NCBI GenBank assembly: GCA_963768175.1
Contig: CAVYGQ010000001.1
Coordinates: 574,305 to 638,304 of the forward strand
DNA length: 64,000 nucleotides
Direction of reading: 5' to 3'
DNA from: Candidatus Doudnabacteria bacterium
GTDB lineage: Bacteria; Patescibacteriota; Doudnabacteria; UBA920
In this document: piece by piece, positions 1-9,798 of the stretch
Layout of the letters: each line of letters begins with the position of its first letter
Position numbering within the stretch: position 1 is the first letter of the stretch
Notes under the pieces: model-generated
The model's input: the letters and a program-made list of their open reading frames with translations, nothing else
Told to the model about the DNA's origin: nothing
Database searches by the model: none
Made by a program: the position numbers and the translations under genes

Positions 1-370
1 CGTCACGCCCGTTATTGCCGCTCCTGAATGGAGAGTAGATTCCTGTATGGGTCGCCGTGCCTGTGGGGGGGTCTGACCTGGAGGCCGGAAAAGGCAATTG
101 TCCCCGTGGGACCAACAGTAGACGTGGCCGTCACGGTAATTGAAAACGTCGTAGCTGTGGTAGTGGGCCTGCGCCGGCTATAGCCAGAGTGCCTCCGCCG
201 CTCACTACAAAGGTCACCGGAGTAGTTGAGCTAAATTTCCCAGCCGGTTGGCAAGGTAAAAGAGATGTGCACGCCTTTTGCTATATCACCCGCCACGCCT
301 TCCACAATTTTGGGAGTACTCGCTGTGACGTTGCCAAGCCGGGGCGAGTTTATTTTTCAAACAACCCAAA

Positions 371-2884
371 CTACGTATGCGAATTCGCAGTGTTCGTCGG
401 GTAGTTGACTATGAATACCGTACCGCTGTCGGCGCCTGAGCTTACCGCACCGACCAAACCGGCATTGCCGTTGACATCGATGAAGGTAAACAGAGTCGCA
501 TAGCCCATACCCACCGACAATGAGTTCGATGAGTTGGAACCAGGGTTGGTGACAGGGACAACAATGTTGTAGGTCTTAGAAGTACCTGCGGCAATGTTGT
601 TGTCGGTGCTCATCGGGACATTAACTGTACCGATGGCAGCAAAGCTCTGGGAGCCCGCTACCTGGCCGGTGACCGAGTCAATTAATTGCAGGGTGCCGCT
701 GGCGGTAACGCCAGAGCTACCTGTAATATTGAACGGAATTTGGGTAACCTTTACATTACCGGCCGCGTTAGCAGCAATGGTAATGGATCCCACGGTAACA
801 CTACCAGTGGTCAAAGCGTTGCCCGAAGAAGCAAGCGTCAAAGTCGGGTAAGAACCCACCAGGTCAAAGTAGTTGGAGGAAGCTTCCACCGCTATGCCCG
901 AGCTCGGGAGATAGGTGGTGGTGCTGCCGGAAAGATACTTGACGCGGATCAGGTTCAAACGGAATTGCTGGTTGGTCGGAACGCCGTTCAGACCTACCGG
1001 GGCAAAGCTCGCGGTTACCGGGACATCAACACCGCTGTAATTGGCCGGGACAGGAATGCTCAAGCCGGTTACGGTGGAAGATGCGCCAACCATTGCAGCA
1101 GTTACGCCGCCTACTGTCACGTTGGTGATAGAGACGTTGGAACCGCTGGCGTTGGTGGTGTCAAAATCCAATTCCTGGATGGTCGCGCCGCCATTGCTGG
1201 CGGTAAAGTTAAACGTAGCGACAGGCTGGTTGGTGCCGCCGCCGATGACAAAGGAAGCCACCGGGGAGGAAGTCTGCGGGGTCGGGTTGTTAATGGTACC
1301 ATTGCCAATGACAATGTTCTGGCCAGACAGCGGAGAAGCTGAGCTGTACAGGTTTACTGCCTGGGCGCTGGTGGAACCAACACCGCTGCCATACAAGGTG
1401 GTTTTAATACCAACCGGGCTGGTGACATTGCTGATGTCAGCATAGACATCTACAGTGGCAGTCTGGTTCGCCGGAACGGTAAAGTTCACGGAGAAGGTAT
1501 TGCCTGAAGACGGGTTAACCGGGGTTGTGCCGTTCGGATAATCCGGAGTCACAATGTACAAGTTAGCCAAGCTGTTCGGAAGATTAGTCGGCGTAGTTGT
1601 ACCGGTCAAACCAACGGTCAAGCTGCTGACTCTTACACCATCGGCATTGGAAGCCTGAATGACATAAGAACCAATCTTTTGCTTAACGGCGTTGGAAGAC
1701 ACAGTCTGGTTGGAATACGCGGTATTCACAGCCAAAGTGCCAGTGCTGGTCGTAACGCTCTGGGAAGGACCAACATACTGGTTACCGACAACACTTACAC
1801 CGTTAGCACCGGTATAAGTCGAGCAAGGAGCGGATACTGTGCAAGCTGGAGTGAGAGTGTAAGAAACTACGCCCTGCAAAGAATTTACAGGAGTTATCAA
1901 ATCAGCTTCGACAGTCGCCAAGTTGGAAGAGGAAGATAGGGTAGAATCGCCTTTCACAGATACCGTAACGGTTGTACCGGCCGGGACTGTGAACAGATTG
2001 GTGGAACCGAAATTGTAGACATAGGTAACGGGTCCAGCAGCTGAAGAAGTGGTTAACACAGCGCTTTGGGAAGAGCCAACCTGGCCGCCGTTTACATAAA
2101 CGGACAAGTTGTTAAAACCTTCGCCGCTGGCTACCGTGGTAGAACCAGCGTTAGTGCCGGTATAATCCAACTCTACAGCCAGATTTTGCACTTTAACATC
2201 TTCACCATAAGCCTTAATAGTCCATTGGCCCAAAGCTACCTGCGAAGCGTTCTTTACGAACTGGGTCGCGGTAAAGGTCGGGTCGGACTGGACGGAAATG
2301 GTGCCGCTGTTAATGGTTGTCGGCGAGTTCGCCGGGGCAACTTGGAATATAGCTGCGCCAGACTGCCATGTCATCGGGACATTAACGCTGTAGTTAGTGT
2401 CGTAGAAGATGGCATCGGCTGCCTGCTGTAAGGTGAATTCAAAGTTGTAGGAAGTGCCGGCTACAATGTCGCCGTTTAAGGACAACGTGTGGCCGCCGGT
2501 GTTTAGAGTTACCGGGCTGCCGGTTAAGTCAAAGATAACAACATTGGAATTGCTGCCGCTGTTGCTAATGCTGGCTGTTGAGCCGACCTGGGCGCCGTCT
2601 ATCATCAATTTGAGATTTTGGATGGCGCTGGCAGAGACGGAACCAATTTGCTTAAAGGCAATGTACTTCATTAACACCGAGCGCTGGCCGACGTTAATGG
2701 TGTCGCTCCATAATGTGGCATTCATAGTGCCGGCATTGATGGTGGAACCGGGGCCGGTTACGCTGGAGTTACTTGTACCGCTCAATTGAACGGTGGCCAA
2801 GTTGTTAACCGCAGCAATCTGGAACAGGTTGCCGGAAATGGAAGTAGTCATCGGGGAGCCGTTGGCAACCGTGAAGGAAGCCAA
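371..2884 (-). CDS. large Thr/Ser/Gly/Asn/Val-rich repetitive surface (adhesin/S-layer-like) protein, C-terminal segment of a fragmented >1200-aa secreted protein
   Basis: 837-aa ORF with low-complexity beta-repeat composition. Its frame stays open upstream to about 2988 and overlaps the next ORF. Confidence 0.55.
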   Translation of the reverse strand: MASFTVANGSPMTTSISGNLFQIAAVNNLATVQLSGTSNSSVTGPGSTINAGTMNATLWSDTINVGQRSVLMKYIAFKQIGSVSASAIQNLKLMIDGAQVGSTASISNSGSNSNVVIFDLTGSPVTLNTGGHTLSLNGDIVAGTSYNFEFTLQQAADAIFYDTNYSVNVPMTWQSGAAIFQVAPANSPTTINSGTISVQSDPTFTATQFVKNASQVALGQWTIKAYGEDVKVQNLAVELDYTGTNAGSTTVASGEGFNNLSVYVNGGQVGSSQSAVLTTSSAAGPVTYVYNFGSTNLFTVPAGTTVTVSVKGDSTLSSSSNLATVEADLITPVNSLQGVVSYTLTPACTVSAPCSTYTGANGVSVVGNQYVGPSQSVTTSTGTLAVNTAYSNQTVSSNAVKQKIGSYVIQASNADGVRVSSLTVGLTGTTTPTNLPNSLANLYIVTPDYPNGTTPVNPSSGNTFSVNFTVPANQTATVDVYADISNVTSPVGIKTTLYGSGVGSTSAQAVNLYSSASPLSGQNIVIGNGTINNPTPQTSSPVASFVIGGGTNQPVATFNFTASNGGATIQELDFDTTNASGSNVSITNVTVGGVTAAMVGASSTVTGLSIPVPANYSGVDVPVTASFAPVGLNGVPTNQQFRLNLIRVKYLSGSTTTYLPSSGIAVEASSNYFDLVGSYPTLTLASSGNALTTGSVTVGSITIAANAAGNVKVTQIPFNITGSSGVTASGTLQLIDSVTGQVAGSQSFAAIGTVNVPMSTDNNIAAGTSKTYNIVVPVTNPGSNSSNSLSVGMGYATLFTFIDVNGNAGLVGAVSSGADSGTVFIVNYPTNTANSHT

Positions 2885-2930
2885 TTGCGCTCCGACAGTC
2901 TGGCCGGAAATTTGTGCCGCGACGTCAACT

Positions 2931-3854
2931 CTAACAGAAATTTCGGCGGAGCCGGATAACGGTAAACAAACCGTTGGAATTGGAGAAGCTTACCTTGCCG
3001 TTGGAGAACGTACCGGCATCGGTGATGCGGTTGTTGCCCATGTAAAGGTAAACGTTGTTTAAGCTGGTGTCAGCCGAAACGCCAATTCTGTTAACCACAA
3101 CTTGGGTAACAGTGCCGCTGCCGCTAAAGGCAAAATGGGCAATGTCAGCACCGACTTGTCCGGGGCTGTTGTTGCTGAGGCTGTTGGAAACCAAAGTTCC
3201 CGCAGCCGGGGTGTCGGAAGCCAAAGAGGCCGTGACGTTGCCGTTAACCACGGGGGTGCCGCAGTTAGAGGTGCAGCCTGGTTGTGCGGCTAACGCAGTC
3301 GGGCTAAGTTGTCCGGCTACGCGGGTGGCCATAACTCCGGTTTGGGTCATGGCTTGGTCGGCGGCGTTGGCCGGAACGACTTTGCCAAAGGAATAGCCCC
3401 AGGAATTGAAGGTCGCGACATCCGGAATACCGAGTAATCCGGAGTTGCCGACTAATTGCACGGTGCCTTTGTTGTTAACTAAGGTGCCGGGCAAATGAGC
3501 CGCGGTGGTGTTGTTAATCAGCACGCTACCGGAAGCCATCCAGGAGACATCTCCTGCCATGGAGTTGGTAAAGCTAAAGCCAAGGCCGGTAAAGACCGCG
3601 GCTGAAGTAAAGCCAAATTTTTGGCTATTGCTGATTTCGTAGCAGGTGCCTTTATCGGAGCCCCTGTCGGAGCAGATAATGGAACCGTCCTGCGGCGGGA
3701 TGAAGGAACCCTGCGGTAAAGCAAGGTCTTCAGCGCTGGCGGCGACTACCTGGCTCCAAGAATTGAAGCCATAGGAAAGGAACGCGCCGGCGGAAGTGTA
3801 GGCCTGTCGGTTGCCATTTGGCATAATCATCCAGACAGTTCCGGAGGAGCTCAA
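2931..3854 (-). CDS. middle segment of the same fragmented surface protein (different frame)
   Basis: 307-aa ORF with the same composition. It overlaps the signal-peptide ORF upstream and the 837-aa frame downstream. Confidence 0.45.
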   Translation of the reverse strand: MSSSGTVWMIMPNGNRQAYTSAGAFLSYGFNSWSQVVAASAEDLALPQGSFIPPQDGSIICSDRGSDKGTCYEISNSQKFGFTSAAVFTGLGFSFTNSMAGDVSWMASGSVLINNTTAAHLPGTLVNNKGTVQLVGNSGLLGIPDVATFNSWGYSFGKVVPANAADQAMTQTGVMATRVAGQLSPTALAAQPGCTSNCGTPVVNGNVTASLASDTPAAGTLVSNSLSNNSPGQVGADIAHFAFSGSGTVTQVVVNRIGVSADTSLNNVYLYMGNNRITDAGTFSNGKVSFSNSNGLFTVIRLRRNFC

Positions 3855-3972
3855 CGACGTTGGTTCCGGCAGCGTGTACCGCGGCGTGAGCCGCGAACGG
3901 AGCTGCCATGGCCAAAGTCATAGCGACCGCGGATCCTACAGCAAAGATTTTCTTTGCGACAGAATTTTGCAT
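3730..3972 (-). CDS. N-terminal signal-peptide segment of the fragmented surface protein
   Basis: MQNSVAKKIFAVGSAVAMTLAMAAPFAAHAAVHAAG is a classical Sec signal peptide. The frame changes near 3850. Confidence 0.4.
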   Translation of the reverse strand: MQNSVAKKIFAVGSAVAMTLAMAAPFAAHAAVHAAGTNVVELLRNCLDDYAKWQPTGLHFRRRVPFLWLQFLEPGSRRQR

Positions 3973-4672
3973 TTTTTAGTAAAACTCCTTTTTCCCGCGG
4001 GATTGATTATTCAATTGAGACAATCAATTTACCCGTACACCAATTCCCACACAACTGTGGAAATTTTAAATTGATGCGCCAACTGGATATCTTTAGAGAT
4101 ACTTTTATTGATACTCAATTGGTGTTCGGGTTTGTATCGCGGAAAAAAAATTAATTTTTTCATCATTCGCTTCAAACATTTCCGGCGCTCTAGAGATCAC
4201 CGTGATTTTTGGAGGATTGATGTTTATTGAAGCCTTACGGCTCTTAAACTTTTGCGCCATAAGATCGACCTTGAGCTATAAAATAGCCCCATACGGCTCG
4301 CTCAAAGCCATAGGGTTCAATAAAGAAAGCAACTCGGAAAATCGGAAGCTGATTTTCCGATATTCTGGTTTATCTGATTTTCCGAACTTACACAAAGGCA
4401 GACGGCATTTTAAATATATTGTTACAGCCGATCGCCTAAATCTGACTTTAGTAACTTTACATGCAAAAAGTCAGGAAAAGTTTATAAATTTCCGCTTTGT
4501 TTAAGCGTCAATTTTGCGTTTATAAACTTTTCCTGACTTTCTTAAACAGTAATGCATTTGTGCGTCATTTTGTGGATAAATAAGGATTATTGACTTAATT
4601 TAAAGTATTATAATATAAGCCGTGTTATTTGTCAAAAAGATTAGCCGGTAATTAATCGACATACTTCGCAGG

Positions 4673-4746
4673 TGGTCGGGCTGCTGGGAATCGAACCCAG
4701 TCTACCTGCTCCCAAAGCAGGCGTACTACCGGTATACTACAGCCCG
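4673..4746 (-). tRNA. tRNA-Pro (anticodon TGG)
   Basis: Reverse complement folds as a cloverleaf: acceptor CGGGCTG/CAGCCCG, anticodon stem CCTGC/GCAGG with loop TTTGGGA, T-loop GGTTCGATTCC, 3' CCA encoded. Confidence 0.8.
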
Positions 4747-4790
4747 TATTTCTCTGAAATTCTATCATTTCTGAGACTTTCCCACAACTA

Positions 4791-5537
4791 GAAGAGGTGT
4801 CCCCTCTTCCAGTTTAAATTTATGTTATAATCATACATAATATAGACATGCGCTACCGCGATTATAAAACTTTTGCGTCCGGGAACTATTACCATGTCTT
4901 TAACCGAGGTAATGGCAAAAACGATATTTATTTAAAATCCGAGGATTATAAAATTTTTATTTATCGTTTGAGAGAAAATCTTTTCCCCGTTACCGAATTA
5001 AAAACCGCCCAATCCAAATCGGAATTTAAATATAAAAGAAAATTGTTGCCTGACAATGCCTTTTCCCTTATCTGCTATTGCTTGATGCCCAACCATTTTC
5101 ACTTACTAATTAGACAAGATAGGGACGTTAAAGTCAGCAAGTTAATTCAAAAACTTTGTACCGGCTACGCGGTCTATTTCCAAAAAAAATACGACCATAC
5201 CGGCCATTTGTTCCAAGGAGCTTTTAAGGCTATTCATATTGAAAATGAAAGCTACTTAATGTGGCTTTCGGCTTATATTCATCAAAACCCTGCGGTCGCC
5301 GGTTTAGTAAAGAACCTTGAAGATTACCCATACAGCAGTTACTTGGATTACATCGGCAAAAGAAATGAAAACTTGTGTTCCAAAGATGTTATCCTGGACA
5401 AATTTAAAAGCCCGGACGATTATAAAAAATTTGTTGAAGATAGCGGAGAATTAATAAAACAACGAAAAGAAATAGAGTCTTTACTTTTAGACTAAGCGCA
5501 GAACAGGGGACACCTCTGGAAGAGGTGTCCCCTGTTC
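4791..5537 (+). mobile_element. REP-RAYT-REP unit: IS200/IS605-like HUH tyrosine transposase flanked by GAGGTGTCCCCTC-type palindromes
   Basis: Hairpin GAAGAGGTGTCCCCTCTTC at ~4791-4809. Perfect palindrome GAACAGGGGACACCTCTGGAAGAGGTGTCCCCTGTTC at ~5501-5537. Confidence 0.7.
4848..5495 (+). CDS. REP-associated tyrosine transposase (RAYT; IS200-like TnpA, HUH family)
   Basis: 215 aa with the HuH motif MPNHFHLLI and a downstream Tyr region typical of Transposase_17/RAYT. Flanked by REP hairpins. Confidence 0.75.
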   Translation: MRYRDYKTFASGNYYHVFNRGNGKNDIYLKSEDYKIFIYRLRENLFPVTELKTAQSKSEFKYKRKLLPDNAFSLICYCLMPNHFHLLIRQDRDVKVSKLIQKLCTGYAVYFQKKYDHTGHLFQGAFKAIHIENESYLMWLSAYIHQNPAVAGLVKNLEDYPYSSYLDYIGKRNENLCSKDVILDKFKSPDDYKKFVEDSGELIKQRKEIESLLLD

Positions 5538-5557
5538 CTTGCTGTCCTTTGTTTGTT

Positions 5558-6400
5558 TTAGGCTATCAGCGCATTCCAATCGTCAGCGAATTTTTCTGTG
5601 CCTTTGTCCGTAAGGTCATGGTGGATGTTATATCCCCGCCAGGGTTTGTTTAAATTTATTTCCTGATATGGCATTGGAGCTAACGCGGAATTTTGAAATT
5701 GGAAATTGGAAATTGGAAATTTCGCATCCGCCCACTTTTTTAGCACCTTCAGCGGCGCGGTAATAATATCCGCATCCAGCTCAATAGATCGCATAAAATG
5801 TTCCGTTGATCTTACCGAAGCAACCAAAACCTCAACGTGCTTGTCGCCGGGTTGATACATTTTTATAACATTCGCTATTAAGTCCATTCCATTCTCTCCT
5901 TTGTCATCCAAACGGCCGACAAACGGGGAAAGGAAGACATCGCCTTTTTTCGCTCCCCGCGTGGCGGCATAAACCGCCGCGGCCTGCTCCTGGCTGAAAA
6001 CCAACGTCATATTTACCCGCATACCCTCTTTTACGCTTATCTCGGCCGCCCTTAAACCCTCCGTAGTAGTCGGATATTTTATATGGGCGTTAGGAATCCA
6101 TTTAAAAAATTGCCTGCCTTGCTCCAACATTTGTTCGGCCGAGGTTTGTCTGTCAGCATAAACTTCTATGGAAACCGACCCTTGCGGAAGAAGCGACGAT
6201 ATTTCACCAACCACGCCTCGATAAAAATCCAGCAATTCTTGTTTGCTGAATTTTTTCCCCGCAGTCTGCGGATTTTTGGCAATAAGCGAAGGGTTGGTTG
6301 TTTGCCCATCCAAAAATCCTAAGCCAGACAAAGCCTCCCGCGTCTCCGCCGGATCGCCGCTGTCAAGGAAAATTTTTGTTTTTAATCCAATAAGTCTCAT
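5558..6400 (-). CDS. tal: transaldolase (Fsa/TalC-type)
   Basis: KIFLDSGDP...GQTTNPSLI transaldolase signature; 280 aa. Confidence 0.8.
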   Translation of the reverse strand: MRLIGLKTKIFLDSGDPAETREALSGLGFLDGQTTNPSLIAKNPQTAGKKFSKQELLDFYRGVVGEISSLLPQGSVSIEVYADRQTSAEQMLEQGRQFFKWIPNAHIKYPTTTEGLRAAEISVKEGMRVNMTLVFSQEQAAAVYAATRGAKKGDVFLSPFVGRLDDKGENGMDLIANVIKMYQPGDKHVEVLVASVRSTEHFMRSIELDADIITAPLKVLKKWADAKFPISNFQFQNSALAPMPYQEINLNKPWRGYNIHHDLTDKGTEKFADDWNALIA

Positions 6401-6426
6401 AAGCCTTATACGACGTGTACGTCTCG

Positions 6427-7125
6427 TCAGTTAAACAGGTGCTCCGGCAAGGTTTTTATATACTCATACGCCTCTTCGGCGGTCTCTACCAGATGGTAAA
6501 TATCCATGTCTGTTTCGTCAATAGCATGGTTTTTCTCATAGACTGTCTCCCAAATCCAATCAAGTAAAGGACCCCAAAATTCTTCGCTGATAAGCACAAT
6601 CGGCACGCGCCTGATTTTTTTTGTCTGGATTAGCGTAATCATTTCAAACAGTTCGTCCATCGTGCCAAAACCGCCGGGAAAAAATACGTAAATTTGCGAG
6701 GCGTATTCCAGCATGACCTTTCTGGTAAAGAAAAAACCAAAACCCTTGCTTTCCTTGACATATTGGTTGGTGCGCTGCTCAAAAGGCAGGCGGATATTTA
6801 TGCCGACTGATTTCCCTCCGGCCTCAAACGCGCCTTTGTTGGCCGCTTCCATAATGCCCGGGCCGCCGCCGGTCATTATGGCAAAACCGGCCTTGGAAAG
6901 CTTGTAAGCCAATCTTGTGGCGTCTTCATAAACCTTGGATTCCAGGCCGCTTCTGGCGCTGCCCATTATGCTTACGGCTTTTTTATACTTGCTTAAAAAA
7001 CCGAAGCCTTCGCTAAATTCCTCGTTAATACGGTCAAGCATTTTAGGCGAAACTTTTCTCGCCTTGCCGCGCCGGAACTTTTCAAAATGTTCGTTTGGTT
7101 TGAATTCGGGTTTTCTGGTTAGCAT
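6427..7125 (-). CDS. LOG family protein (TIGR00730; cytokinin riboside 5'-monophosphate phosphoribohydrolase-like)
   Basis: [16 protein letters not shown] and [12 protein letters not shown] motifs. Confidence 0.8.
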   Translation of the reverse strand: MLTRKPEFKPNEHFEKFRRGKARKVSPKMLDRINEEFSEGFGFLSKYKKAVSIMGSARSGLESKVYEDATRLAYKLSKAGFAIMTGGGPGIMEAANKGAFEAGGKSVGINIRLPFEQRTNQYVKESKGFGFFFTRKVMLEYASQIYVFFPGGFGTMDELFEMITLIQTKKIRRVPIVLISEEFWGPLLDWIWETVYEKNHAIDETDMDIYHLVETAEEAYEYIKTLPEHLFN

Positions 7126-7158
7126 AGGTTCATATTAATATTTAAACATATTAACACC

Positions 7159-7214
7159 CCCAAAAATTCCTCGTCTTGTTAAGATGATAAAATGTTAAGA
7201 TGATAAAATGTTAA
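7159..7214. repeat. three tandem copies of the 16-mer GTTAAGATGATAAAAT
   Basis: Seen directly. A degenerate copy of the same motif lies at 63262-63318. Confidence 0.7.
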
Positions 7215-7246
7215 GATGATAAAATGATGGGTTAATTAATCTTGTG

Positions 7247-8275
7247 TTACTTCCCCTCCATCTCCTTCGTATATTGCCCCAATGTGGCTAGGCCGTTCAT
7301 TTTGGCGCGGTGCAGAAAAGCTTGTTGCGCGGCCGCGGCATTTTCCGCTTTGCCGTTCCAGATTTTTAGCGCGCTATCCTGCAGCGCGCGGCCATAAGAA
7401 AAGCTCAACTGCCAGGGCAATTCTCCTAAAAGATGCATGGCATTCAAATTTTCCGTTGCCTCAACTTCGCTCTGCCCGCCGGAAAGGAAAGCCTGCCCGG
7501 GCAAACCGTTAGGCAGTACTTTTTTAAAAAGCGCTACCGTGACCTCGGCAATTTGCGCAGCTGACAGTTTTTCCTCCGATTCTTTTCCCGGGATAACCAT
7601 ATTAGTTTTTAGAATCATGCCTTCCGGAACCACGCGTAAAGCCTGCAGTTCTTCAAACACGTAAGTCAAAGTTTTTTCACTGACTTCCGCACAACGGGCC
7701 GTACTGTGGTTGCCGTCCATCAGCACTTCCGGCTCCACCATAGGGACCAAGCCCGCCTGCTGGCAAGCCAAAGCGTAAGCGGCCAAAATTTTGGCATTTT
7801 GGCGGATGTTGCTCTTGGTGGGCAAATCTTTGCCGATGGTAATTACGGCCCGCCATTTGGCGAATTTCGCGCCCAAAATCACATATTCGGCCAGCCGCTT
7901 GGGCAAACCATCCAAACCTTTGGTCAATTTTTCTTCGGGCGATTCTTTAAAGCTTTCCGTGCCCAAATCCACCTTAATCCCCGGCAGTACCCCGGCCGCC
8001 TGCAATATGGAGATGAAACTCCGACCGTCTTTGGCAACTTGTCGGATGGTCTCGTCGTACATAATCGCACTGCTAATGTATTTGCCAATGTCGGGCGTGG
8101 TAAATAACATCTCCCGGTAAGACCGCCGGTAGGGTTCTTCGTTCGGCAAACCGATTTTCTCAAACCTTTTGCCAATGGTTCCCGTGCTCTCGTCCGCCGC
8201 CAAAATCCCCTTGCCCGGCGCGACCATGGCTTTGGCGATTTTGTTAAGTTCTTGGATTTTCGCTCGGTCTAACAT
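7247..8275 (-). CDS. fba: fructose-bisphosphate aldolase class I
   Basis: GILAADES Schiff-base aldolase class I signature; 342 aa. Confidence 0.8.
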   Translation of the reverse strand: MLDRAKIQELNKIAKAMVAPGKGILAADESTGTIGKRFEKIGLPNEEPYRRSYREMLFTTPDIGKYISSAIMYDETIRQVAKDGRSFISILQAAGVLPGIKVDLGTESFKESPEEKLTKGLDGLPKRLAEYVILGAKFAKWRAVITIGKDLPTKSNIRQNAKILAAYALACQQAGLVPMVEPEVLMDGNHSTARCAEVSEKTLTYVFEELQALRVVPEGMILKTNMVIPGKESEEKLSAAQIAEVTVALFKKVLPNGLPGQAFLSGGQSEVEATENLNAMHLLGELPWQLSFSYGRALQDSALKIWNGKAENAAAAQQAFLHRAKMNGLATLGQYTKEMEGK

Positions 8276-8305
8276 AAAAAGTTGAATTAATTTTTCAATA
8301 ATTCT

Positions 8306-8683
8306 TTAATCATTTATATTAACTCGGTATGCGCTCTCGTCAATAACTTCTATTAATAGCTCCTCTTCGCCTTTAGTCAGTTTGCGTTTTATGGCCTTTT
8401 CTATTTTATCAAAGAAAAAAAACGAAAGTTCAAAAAAAATATTCTTTTTCTCCAAAGTAAAACTCCTTAAGTTTAATCTGGCGGCTAAATCCTTTATTTG
8501 CCCATCGGTCAAAACCTCGGCGCTTTTTATTCCCCGAGCCCAGTCTTCTATAGCTTTGCCAACCGCGGACTCAACTTCCTTTCTCTCTTCTATTATTACC
8601 CTGGACGCCTGGGCTTGCTCCATAATTTCTTCCGGTTCGCGTCCTCCTTCTCTATGATGGTGCCAATGGCTGTTTTCTGCCAT
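8306..8683 (-). CDS. hypothetical protein
   Basis: 125-aa ORF, no recognised domain. Confidence 0.35.
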   Translation of the reverse strand: MAENSHWHHHREGGREPEEIMEQAQASRVIIEERKEVESAVGKAIEDWARGIKSAEVLTDGQIKDLAARLNLRSFTLEKKNIFFELSFFFFDKIEKAIKRKLTKGEEELLIEVIDESAYRVNIND

Positions 8684-8685
8684 AA

Positions 8686-9666
8686 TTATTTTTTTGAATG
8701 ATGATACGTTATTATGTATCTTACTGTCCCGCTCTGTCCGCGGATGACAATGGAATGCGTGATAATTTTACTATCTTGATACCGGACGCCTTGCAGCAAC
8801 GGGCCATCAATGACGCCGGTTGCGGTAAAGGTTAAAGTTTTTCCTTTGGCTAAATCGTTGACATTGTAAATTTTTGTAGTTGTCAAGCCAGCTTTTTTAA
8901 CTAACGATGCATGATGTTCGTCTTTGGGCTTAAAACGGCATAATAATTGCCCGCCGAGGATTTTTATTGCCACGCCCGCCAAAACCGCTTCCGCACTGGC
9001 ACCAATACCCATCAGCAAATCTATTCCGGACTCCGGCAGGCACGGCGCAATGCCGCCGGCCACGTCGCCGTCGGTAATTAAGCGCACGCGGGCGCCGGCT
9101 TTCCTAACCTCGCTAATGAGCTGCTCATGCCGCGGCCGGTCCAAAATGCACACGGTAATGTCGCCAACCTTTTTACCGAGCGCTTTGGCGGTATTTTTTA
9201 TATTAACCGATGTCGGCGCATCCAATTTAATAACTTTCGCGGCTTTGGGACCGGCCGCGATTTTTTCCATATAAGTGTCGGGGGCATTAAGCAAAGTTCC
9301 CTTAGCCCCGGCGGCAATGACGGTTATGGCGTTATAACGCCCATAAGCCACGCTATCGGTACACTCCAGCGGGTCTATGGCAAGATCCATGTGTGTTATT
9401 CTCCCCCTTGCAGAGGGGGAGCTAGAGGGGGTGGCTTTCCATCCGCGCCCGACTTTTTCCCCGTTATAAAGCTCGGCCGATTCGTCTTTGCTGCCTTCGC
9501 CGATTACCACGGTACCGGCAAAATCTATTTGGTTAAACCGGTCGCGCATTTCGTCCACGGCCGCGGCATCGGCCTTTTTAGCCTCGCCCTTGCCCACCCA
9601 CTTGGAAGCGGCAATCGCCGCCGCCTCGGTTACCCGCACAAATTCTAACGCTAAATTTCTGTCCAT
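8686..9666 (-). CDS. glpX: fructose-1,6-bisphosphatase class II (GlpX) carrying an in-frame palindromic insert
   Basis: MDRNLALEFVRVTEAAA...GEKVG...DPLE match GlpX. There are ~13 extra residues between EKVG and DPLE relative to E. coli GlpX, encoded by a CTCCCCC/GGGGGAG palindrome at ~9400-9434. Confidence 0.85.
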   Translation of the reverse strand: MDRNLALEFVRVTEAAAIAASKWVGKGEAKKADAAAVDEMRDRFNQIDFAGTVVIGEGSKDESAELYNGEKVGRGWKATPSSSPSARGRITHMDLAIDPLECTDSVAYGRYNAITVIAAGAKGTLLNAPDTYMEKIAAGPKAAKVIKLDAPTSVNIKNTAKALGKKVGDITVCILDRPRHEQLISEVRKAGARVRLITDGDVAGGIAPCLPESGIDLLMGIGASAEAVLAGVAIKILGGQLLCRFKPKDEHHASLVKKAGLTTTKIYNVNDLAKGKTLTFTATGVIDGPLLQGVRYQDSKIITHSIVIRGQSGTVRYIITYHHSKK

Positions 9667-9744
9667 AGGTTTTATTATATCAATGATTGCTTTAAATGCC
9701 TTATAACTTATTTTACCCTAAATCCCAAAATTTTCCAAAACGCC

Positions 9745-9788
9745 AAAAACAAAAATCACATTATTTAACGGCCGTTAAATAATGTGAT
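9745..9788 (-). terminator. rho-independent terminator of metK
   Basis: Perfect palindrome CACATTATTTAACGGCCGTTAAATAATGTG followed by a U-run on the minus strand. Confidence 0.6.
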
Positions 9789-9798
9789 TTTAAGCTGT

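Noticed and set aside
594-1445. Plus-strand ORFs (85, 218, 134 aa) inside the surface-protein gene
   Set aside because: They overlap the 837-aa minus-strand repeat protein completely. Their low-complexity Gly/Arg/Ala composition is what one expects from the antisense of a repetitive gene.
7150-7230. Possible CRISPR array (short direct repeats)
   Set aside because: Only three contiguous 16-bp units with no spacers. It is a simple tandem repeat. No cas genes in the window.
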